IMG/VR virus record: IMGVR_UViG_3300031951_000001
Location: 62,001 to 126,000 of that record
Length of the DNA: 64,000 nt
Strand: one strand, 5' to 3'
Shown: positions 57,143-64,000 of the stretch, piece after piece
Layout: every line of letters starts with the position of its first letter
Position numbering within the stretch: the stretch's first letter is position 1
Program-made: the position numbers and the translations under genes
The notes under the pieces: generated by a model
Seen by the model: the letters and a program-made list of their open reading frames with translations, nothing else
Databases searched by the model: none
What the model was told of the DNA's origin: nothing

Positions 57143-58663
57143 ATGGCAAAAGAAAAATCTATTGTTGAAGAAGCAATCCTCCAAATGAAAAATTTGGAAG
57201 AAGCGGTTGCGGAAAATGCAAAAGGAATACTTGCTTCGACTATGAAGGAAGAAATCAAAGAATTAGTAAAAGAATCTCTTAACGAACAAGGCGAAGAAGA
57301 GGTTGACATGGAAGTGGACATGGAAGAACCCGAAATGGAAGATGAGGACGAAATGGACTCAGACGAAATGGATATGGGTATGGAAATGGACACTGATAAC
57401 ATCGAAGATGACGAACCTATCGACTTAACTGACAAATCAGATGAGGAGGTTTTACGTGTTTTCCAATTAATGGGTCCTGATGACCATATCGTTGTTACTA
57501 AAGATGACAGCGGTAACATTAGTGTGAAAGATACTGAAACTGACAAAGAATACATGATTGTTGGTGAAGGAGAAGAATCTGATTACACATCTATGGAAAA
57601 AGACATGTATGACATGGCGGACGACTCAGAAATGGGTGATGCTATGATGGATGACACAATGATGGATGACACAATGATGGAAGATGACGACGTTATTCCT
57701 ATGGAAGAAGAAGAATATCTATCTGAAAAAAGTGTTGAAGACATCGTTAATGACATATTCGATGAAGGTAATGAAGAACAAGAAGAAGGTTACGTCTATG
57801 AAATCGACATGAATGAAGAATCTGACGATGATGAGGATGATACTGATGAGGAATCTGAAGGTATTGTCTATGAAATCGAAATGGATGAAGAAATCGAAGA
57901 GGACATGGATGAATCATATGACCAAGAAAATGAAGGTTACTTGGAAGAAGGTAAAAAATCCACCAGGGCTAAAGGCATGGGCATGGGTAAGGCTTCAAAA
58001 TTCAAGTATCGTAAAAATCCGAATCAAGGCGAAGGGTTTAAAGTTGTTAAGAAAACCGCCAACAAAACTATGGGAACAGGAAGTGCTAAAAAAGGCTTCT
58101 CCTATGACAAGAATGGTGAAAATCTTGACGGCGAATTTAAAATTAAACCAAAAGGCGTTAAGAAGGCGGAAACAAAAGAAGCTGCACGTACATACGGAAA
58201 TGGTTCTAAAGAAGGACGTGGTTTAAGAAAAGGAATCACACCTAACAGAAACTTGAAGTTTGAAAGTGTGGATAGCAGTGAGTTACAACTTCTTCGTGAA
58301 AAGAATGAAGAATACAGAAAAGCGTTGAACGTATTCAGAAACAAATTAAATGAAGTTGCCGTGTTTAATTCAAATTTGGCATACGCAACTCGTTTATTTA
58401 CTGAACACTCAACATCTAAACAAGAGAAAATTAACATCTTGAGAAGATTTGATTCTGTTGAAACATTGAAAGAATCGAAGAATTTGTACAAATCAATCAA
58501 AGATGAGTTGTCAGGAAGTTCTGCTCAACCAATGAATGAGTCAATCGGTCAAGTAATCGAAAAGGCACCATCAACAGGTTCAGCAATCAACTTAATTGAG
58601 TCAAAAACATATGAAAACCCTCAATTCCTGAGAATGAAAGATTTGATGAATAAATTAAAATAA
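57143..58663 (+). CDS. prohead scaffold/core protein
   Basis: Highly acidic centre, C-terminal coiled coil (LNEVAVFNSNLAY), immediately upstream of the capsid gene. Confidence 0.8.
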   Translation: MAKEKSIVEEAILQMKNLEEAVAENAKGILASTMKEEIKELVKESLNEQGEEEVDMEVDMEEPEMEDEDEMDSDEMDMGMEMDTDNIEDDEPIDLTDKSDEEVLRVFQLMGPDDHIVVTKDDSGNISVKDTETDKEYMIVGEGEESDYTSMEKDMYDMADDSEMGDAMMDDTMMDDTMMEDDDVIPMEEEEYLSEKSVEDIVNDIFDEGNEEQEEGYVYEIDMNEESDDDEDDTDEESEGIVYEIEMDEEIEEDMDESYDQENEGYLEEGKKSTRAKGMGMGKASKFKYRKNPNQGEGFKVVKKTANKTMGTGSAKKGFSYDKNGENLDGEFKIKPKGVKKAETKEAARTYGNGSKEGRGLRKGITPNRNLKFESVDSSELQLLREKNEEYRKALNVFRNKLNEVAVFNSNLAYATRLFTEHSTSKQEKINILRRFDSVETLKESKNLYKSIKDELSGSSAQPMNESIGQVIEKAPSTGSAINLIESKTYENPQFLRMKDLMNKLK

Positions 58664-58691
58664 ACTTTAAATTAATAAAAAACCAAACAAA

Positions 58692-60545
58692 ATGGGAGCA
58701 TTATTAGAATCAGGTCTTGTTGGTAACATCGGTCTTAAGCACCTTAAAGTTATCAAAGAAGATACTATCAACAAATGGGACAAATTAGGGTTCCTCGAAG
58801 GTCTTAAGGGCCACCTAAAAGAAAATGTTGCGCAGTTATATGAAAACCAAGCGTCACATTTGATTAACGAAGCAACTTCTGACGGTTCTTCAGGTTCATT
58901 TGAAACTGTTGTATTCCCAATCGTTAGACGTGTATTCTCTAAGTTACTTGCTAACGACATTGTATCTGTACAAGCTATGAACTTACCAATTGGTAAATTG
59001 TTCTACTTCGTACCGAAGATTCAAGGTTATAACAATGGTGTTGGTGGTTCCTCAACCGGACCATTTGACTCAAGTTCAGGTCAGCACTACGCACCTGTAG
59101 GTTCACCTGGTAATTACCCTGGTGACCCAAATTCTGGTTACACTTTGTCAAATGGTTCATACAACGGTACTTATGCTAAAAACCTTTATGATTTATTCTA
59201 TGAAGGCACTGAACCTGGATTGAACCCAGCAGGTCTTTTTGACTATTCAAAAGGTCGTTGGTCGGCAGTAACCACATCAGCTACAGTTGTTGCTTGGTCT
59301 AATGGTACACTAGAACCCGCTCAGTCAGTTTACATCGGTAACAACATAAGAAAAGTTATTATCAGAGTTGGTGGTTTCACTAACACTGGTGTAGGTAAAT
59401 TAATAGCACCTGATGGTAATGAGATTGATACTGAAACTTTCTTGGCTAGTTTGATTGTTTATACTGGTACAGGTATTAGCGCGTCAACAACACCATGTGC
59501 GATTTCTACAGGACCACTTTTGTATAGAGTTGTAACTCAACAGTATGGTAAGGGTATTGTTAGTCCTACCTACACTCCAACAACAACTACTTGGCCTACC
59601 GATGGTGGTGGTGGTACTTATGATAAAGTTTGTGACCAGACAGGTTATATCTATTTAGAAGTTGATTTGTCATGTCCTACATGTCCAACATGTGGTAGTG
59701 ACACTATCGATGGTTACACAGGTGCAACTATCACTAACATTTTCTCAGGTTCAGCATTTAACGTAGCTTGGAGACGTTATGAAGAACTCGAATTCGAAGA
59801 TAAAATCGGTGAAGTTTCTTTCGACCTTGAGTCAGTAACAGTTTCTGTGACTGAAAGAAAGTTGAGAGCTCAGTGGTCACCAGAACTTGCTCAAGACGTT
59901 GCGGCATTCCACAACATCGACGCTGAAGCCGAATTGACAGCTTTATTGTCAGAACAAGTTGCGGCTGAAATTGACCGTGAAATTCTTCGTGACCTTCGTA
60001 AAGGAGCGGCTTGGAATTTACGTTGGGATTACAACGGATGGAGAAGAGTTGCTAATACAACTTCTTACACTCAAAAAGACTGGAACCAAACTTTGATTAC
60101 AGCAATCAACCAATTATCTGCTCAAATTCACAAGTCAACACTTCGTGGTGGAGCAAACTGGATTGTTGTTTCTTCCGAAGTTTCAGCTATCTTTGATGAC
60201 TTGGAATATTTCCACGTTTCAAATGCGTCACCTGAACAAGACCAATACAACATGGGTATTGAGAGAGTGGGTACACTTGCTGGTCGTTACCAAGTATATC
60301 GTGACCCATACTTCCCATCAAACCAAGTATTGATTGGTCATAAAGGTACATCGTTACTTGATACTGGTTACATTTACGCACCGTATGTACCACTTCAATT
60401 AACTCCAACTATGTACAACCCATTCAACTTTACACCTATCAAGGGTATCATGACACGTTACGCGAAGAAAATGGTTAATAACCGTTTCTACGGACGTATC
60501 ACAGTTGATGGTGTACGTACATTTGACTTACAAGAACTTAGATAA
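58692..60545 (+). CDS. major capsid protein (T4 gp23-like)
   Basis: FPIVRRVF, VSVQAMNLPIG.LFY, RKLRAQWSPELAQD, EIDREI, YAPYVPL, GIMTRYA; probable cleavage LINE|A. Confidence 0.96.
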   Translation: MGALLESGLVGNIGLKHLKVIKEDTINKWDKLGFLEGLKGHLKENVAQLYENQASHLINEATSDGSSGSFETVVFPIVRRVFSKLLANDIVSVQAMNLPIGKLFYFVPKIQGYNNGVGGSSTGPFDSSSGQHYAPVGSPGNYPGDPNSGYTLSNGSYNGTYAKNLYDLFYEGTEPGLNPAGLFDYSKGRWSAVTTSATVVAWSNGTLEPAQSVYIGNNIRKVIIRVGGFTNTGVGKLIAPDGNEIDTETFLASLIVYTGTGISASTTPCAISTGPLLYRVVTQQYGKGIVSPTYTPTTTTWPTDGGGGTYDKVCDQTGYIYLEVDLSCPTCPTCGSDTIDGYTGATITNIFSGSAFNVAWRRYEELEFEDKIGEVSFDLESVTVSVTERKLRAQWSPELAQDVAAFHNIDAEAELTALLSEQVAAEIDREILRDLRKGAAWNLRWDYNGWRRVANTTSYTQKDWNQTLITAINQLSAQIHKSTLRGGANWIVVSSEVSAIFDDLEYFHVSNASPEQDQYNMGIERVGTLAGRYQVYRDPYFPSNQVLIGHKGTSLLDTGYIYAPYVPLQLTPTMYNPFNFTPIKGIMTRYAKKMVNNRFYGRITVDGVRTFDLQELR

Positions 60546-60564
60546 TCTTATCTATAGTATAATT

Positions 60565-60593
60565 AAAAAGGGACGAGAAATCGTCCCTTTTTT
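60565..60593 (+). terminator. intrinsic terminator after the capsid gene
   Basis: GGGACGA-GAAA-TCGTCCC followed by T6. Confidence 0.88.
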
Positions 60594-60698
60594 ATTTATA
60601 AATATATTGTAAAAAACATCACATAATAAGTTTATTTTACAAATTGCGTGAATTAGACTATATTTATCATTATTATAATAAATTTTAAAAAACAAATA

Positions 60699-61493
60699 AT
60701 GAAAAAACAAATCTTATTTTTAACCTTAATGATTATGTCGTTATTTACAATGGCCCAAACTTCAGTTCCTGTAGATACGACAAAAACCGGTGGTCTATTC
60801 TACAAACCGGCTAAAAAACAAAGTCCGTTCACAAGTGAATTTGGTATTGCCACATCTAATCTTTGGAGAGGTGTTGATGTAGGTAAGCAACCCGTAATAA
60901 AAATGATTGCGGATTATCAACCAGTAGATTGGTTTACACTAACTTCAGAGGCGAATGTGGTGTATAATCAATTTAAAGATGGTTATGGAAACACAGTGAA
61001 GAATCAAGCAATGTTCAATATCTATAACACTTCTTTAGGCGTTCAGGACATTTACTTTACTCAAAACACTTTTTTACAGAGTGATACAAATTATTTCCAT
61101 TATAATAAAAAAACAACTTCCCACTTTTTAGAAGCGGCTATTAGATATAAGGGTGATGCTAAAAGTAGAATTGACTTTTTAGCAACTTATGTGTTCTACC
61201 AAAACGAAGCTTACAAAAAAGGAGCGGCATATTTTGAAGCAACCTACCACTTGGATTATAACGCGGACCTATTCGTAGGATACGTGACAGGAGAATCCCA
61301 AGTTAATTTCCAACAAAAGGCGGGTTTCACTAATGTCGGTGTTGTTGTTAAAAGAACATTACAATTCTCTAAAACAACTGACGCAAATACAAGACTTACA
61401 ATTATGGTAAATCCTATGTATAAAACGGCAATTGTACCAAACTCAACGGTTGCTAATAGACCTATTACGGCCAATCTACAGATATTATTTTAA
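60699..61493 (+). CDS. putative outer-membrane beta-barrel (TorF-like)
   Basis: Signal peptide; SNLWRG; alternating hydrophobic strands; C-terminal Phe. Confidence 0.65.
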   Translation: MKKQILFLTLMIMSLFTMAQTSVPVDTTKTGGLFYKPAKKQSPFTSEFGIATSNLWRGVDVGKQPVIKMIADYQPVDWFTLTSEANVVYNQFKDGYGNTVKNQAMFNIYNTSLGVQDIYFTQNTFLQSDTNYFHYNKKTTSHFLEAAIRYKGDAKSRIDFLATYVFYQNEAYKKGAAYFEATYHLDYNADLFVGYVTGESQVNFQQKAGFTNVGVVVKRTLQFSKTTDANTRLTIMVNPMYKTAIVPNSTVANRPITANLQILF

Positions 61494-61633
61494 TCTGATA
61501 TAAGATTTTTGATTAAAGGAGGGTATAACCCTCCTTTTTTTTTAGACAAAAATATTTAATCCTTCGACATAAAATCTTATAGAAACAGAATATGAATATT
61601 TATTAAGATATTTATATATGAATTGTTTTTTAT

Positions 61634-62215
61634 ATGAGGTTTATTTTATTCTCGATTTTATTATTTTTACAAATTAGTGTTTTTTCACAGTTAAGAGATT
61701 CGGTCTATGTTAAGACTGAAATTTTTAATATTGTCTATTCTGAAAAATTACAACAACCTAAGTGGGTTGAATATAACGTGATATGTCACGATGGTAAAAT
61801 ATCTAGAAAAGGGTTAGATTTTTATCCTATAAAGGGAATAGTTACTTCTACAAATGAAGATTATGAAAATAATATTTATGATAAGGGCCATCTAGCACCC
61901 GCAGCGGACTTCAATTGTAATCAAGACTATCTAAAACAAACATTTTCTTACTTGAATTGTGTTCTACAACACGAAAGATTAAATAGAGGGGTTTGGAGAT
62001 TACTAGAATCTCGTGAGAGAGAACTCTCAAAACAATATAAGGTATCTGTTGAAATAAGAATTAATTACAGTAAAAATTCAAAAGTCCTGTCAACAGGGGC
62101 CACAGTTCCCGATTCTTTTACTAAGACAATTATGTATAATAATAAAAAAGAAAAATATTTCTTCAAAAATGAAGAACCGAAATCATCTGACCCTAATTTA
62201 TATAGGGTTAATTGA
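61634..62215 (+). CDS. secreted DNA/RNA non-specific endonuclease
   Basis: Signal peptide; YDKGHLAPAADF, TFSYLN..LNRG.W..LE. Confidence 0.9.
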   Translation: MRFILFSILLFLQISVFSQLRDSVYVKTEIFNIVYSEKLQQPKWVEYNVICHDGKISRKGLDFYPIKGIVTSTNEDYENNIYDKGHLAPAADFNCNQDYLKQTFSYLNCVLQHERLNRGVWRLLESRERELSKQYKVSVEIRINYSKNSKVLSTGATVPDSFTKTIMYNNKKEKYFFKNEEPKSSDPNLYRVN

Positions 62216-62248
62216 TGTTTAATAAACAAATAAAATAAAATTAAAAAA

Positions 62249-64000
62249 ATGAAAAAAGTAATCTTATCATTACTGTTTGTTTTCTCATTTATTTTCGGGT
62301 ATAGTCAATACGACTTATCTAAAAATATTGACAGACAAATTATTGTGGTTCCGAAAAAAGGAATGGAACCACAAGCAAAGAATCACTTTAATCAAGGTGA
62401 TACAAAAGTTGTAGTCGAATTTGACCAACTTGGATGGTATGTTGTCCTGATTCCGAATGGTGTAAACCAAGATGAATTTATTAATCAAAACAAAAGTTTA
62501 AGTTTCGTTCAAAATCTTTACAAAGACGAGGCAAGACAGATGCAATTGGATTATATTCCAAACGACGCCGAGTTCACATCTTGTTGGCATCTTAAACAAT
62601 CTACCGATAAGGATATTGATGCGGACGAAGCTTGGGATTTAGTTCCGACCGACAATCCATTTGTTAGTGTTGCAATGTTTGACGGGGGATTGGATTTAAC
62701 TATTCCTGACCTAGTTGGTAATACTAACAGCCCATTTAACGCAGTTAATAGTACAACGTCAATCCCCTATGTGAATTCTTTTGATAAACACGGAACAGCT
62801 TGTTCAGGAACAATTGCCGCAGTAACAAATAATAGTATTGGTGTTAGTAGTGTTGGTAACAACAAAGTAAAAGTAATGCCAGTTAATATTATGTCACAAG
62901 TTTATGATGGAGGTAGTTTTGCTACTTCAGACGTTATTCAAATTAATGGAGTAAATGCTGCAATGGCAAACCCAACTTGTGTTGCAATTGCGATGTCCTA
63001 TGGTGGTTCATCATACTCGGCGTCTCTTGAAGCGGCTTTTAACGCTGCAAGAACAACTGCAAGAGGTGGTAAAGGTATGGTGGTTATGGCATCATCAGGT
63101 AATCAATACTCAGGAACCGCGGCTCAGTATCCCGCAAATTACAATAATGTTTGGGGAATTGGAGCAACTTCTTCAACAGATGTAAGAGCTTCTTTCTCAA
63201 ACTACGGACAAATTTGTGACATTTCAGCACCTGGTGTAAGTATTAGAACTACAGATAGATTGGGAGCTGCAGGTTACGACCCTGGTGATTATCGTAGTAT
63301 TAGTGGAACATCATTTTCGTGCCCGATAACAGCCGCCGCAGCGGCATTTATATTCTATAAAAATTGGGAACTTACTGACGACCAAGTATTACAGATACTT
63401 GCTCAAACATGCGAGAAAGTAGGAGGATATACTTACTCCAACAATCCTACGTGGCCACTCTCAACAAGAAGTAACGAACTTGGATATGGTAGAATTAACT
63501 TGAAGGACGCTATTAATGCCACACCAAACCCTGGTGGAGTAATTCCACCTCCTCCACCACCTCCTACACAAATTCATAATTTTGTTATTAACACTTTAAC
63601 TGTTAATCCAACATCAGTTATCGCTGGTAACAATATTACTATAACGGCGACGATTGCAACTCAAAACCCTACATATCCATCGGTTAATGTAATGACCCAA
63701 CATAGACTATCAACCAATACAACTTGGGGTGATGCTGATGACATTGTAATCGGAACAACTAGTGGTAATCTTGGTGGTGGAGTTGCAACTGATGTTGAAA
63801 CAATTATTTATACTGTTGGAAATATAACAGGGACAAGATATATTATTAGTAGAGTTAATTATATGGGGTCTATTTCAGAAACCGTATCTACAGATAATAC
63901 AAGACAGGCTAGTTTTATATCAAGTCAACCAGCAATTTCAGGAGCCGACTTATCTGCAACCCTTACTTCACCATCAACATCTAGTGTTACAATTTCACCA
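62249..64000 (+). CDS. secreted S8 (subtilisin-like) peptidase, runs off the window end (not in ORF track)
   Basis: Signal peptide; FDGG, HGTACSG, SSGN, SGTSFSCP catalytic motifs; Pro linker then Ig/CARDB-like region. Confidence 0.88.
   Translation, partial: MKKVILSLLFVFSFIFGYSQYDLSKNIDRQIIVVPKKGMEPQAKNHFNQGDTKVVVEFDQLGWYVVLIPNGVNQDEFINQNKSLSFVQNLYKDEARQMQLDYIPNDAEFTSCWHLKQSTDKDIDADEAWDLVPTDNPFVSVAMFDGGLDLTIPDLVGNTNSPFNAVNSTTSIPYVNSFDKHGTACSGTIAAVTNNSIGVSSVGNNKVKVMPVNIMSQVYDGGSFATSDVIQINGVNAAMANPTCVAIAMSYGGSSYSASLEAAFNAARTTARGGKGMVVMASSGNQYSGTAAQYPANYNNVWGIGATSSTDVRASFSNYGQICDISAPGVSIRTTDRLGAAGYDPGDYRSISGTSFSCPITAAAAAFIFYKNWELTDDQVLQILAQTCEKVGGYTYSNNPTWPLSTRSNELGYGRINLKDAINATPNPGGVIPPPPPPPTQIHNFVINTLTVNPTSVIAGNNITITATIATQNPTYPSVNVMTQHRLSTNTTWGDADDIVIGTTSGNLGGGVATDVETIIYTVGNITGTRYIISRVNYMGSISETVSTDNTRQASFISSQPAISGADLSATLTSPSTSSVTISP

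Noticed and set aside
62955-63185. 76-aa ORF near the window end
   Set aside because: Out-of-frame overlap inside the S8 peptidase gene that starts at 62249.
1-64000. Bacterial chromosome origin suggested by dnaK, nusG, Clp ATPase, tmRNA and rpsU
   Set aside because: These genes lack their usual operon neighbours and are interleaved with phage genes sharing the same promoter motifs and a complete T4-like head module.
1-64000. Alternative genetic code (stop reassignment)
   Set aside because: Conserved genes are full length in code 11, and TAG and TGA end genes at sensible positions.
1-64000. CRISPR array or integrase/transposase
   Set aside because: No repeat-spacer series or recombinase motifs were seen; the ~100-nt periodicity at 35.8-36.0 kb is explained by tandem promoters.

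Overview
This AT-rich 64-kb window is part of a large T4-like (jumbo/huge) phage genome, most likely infecting an aquatic Bacteroidota host. The host call rests on TAnnTTTG promoters, a T9SS type-B sorting domain and a bS21 gene inside the head module. The right end is the head module (terminase, portal, bS21, prohead protease, scaffold, major capsid), followed by secreted proteins. The rest mixes host-like genes (dnaK, nusG, a ClpC-like ATPase, an FKBP, a GMP reductase/IMPDH, rmlB/C, a PAS-PAS kinase with receiver) with an RNA cluster (4 tRNAs, an expanded tRNA-like RNA, a ~845-nt GOLLD-like RNA, tmRNA) and many late-type genes sharing short terminal motifs. The most notable signals are: (1) a putative Asn-sensing attenuator (MNKNLINNK leader plus terminator) before a stand-alone class IIb synthetase-like gene; (2) a shared N-/C-terminal tag on unrelated enzymes that looks like a head-loading address; (3) an rRNA-leader-like triple promoter with boxB/boxA driving the giant ncRNA; (4) a split T9SS adhesin with a shared C-terminal ISHD motif; (5) a phage two-component cassette. 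All family calls come from reading motifs by eye; no database searches were run.
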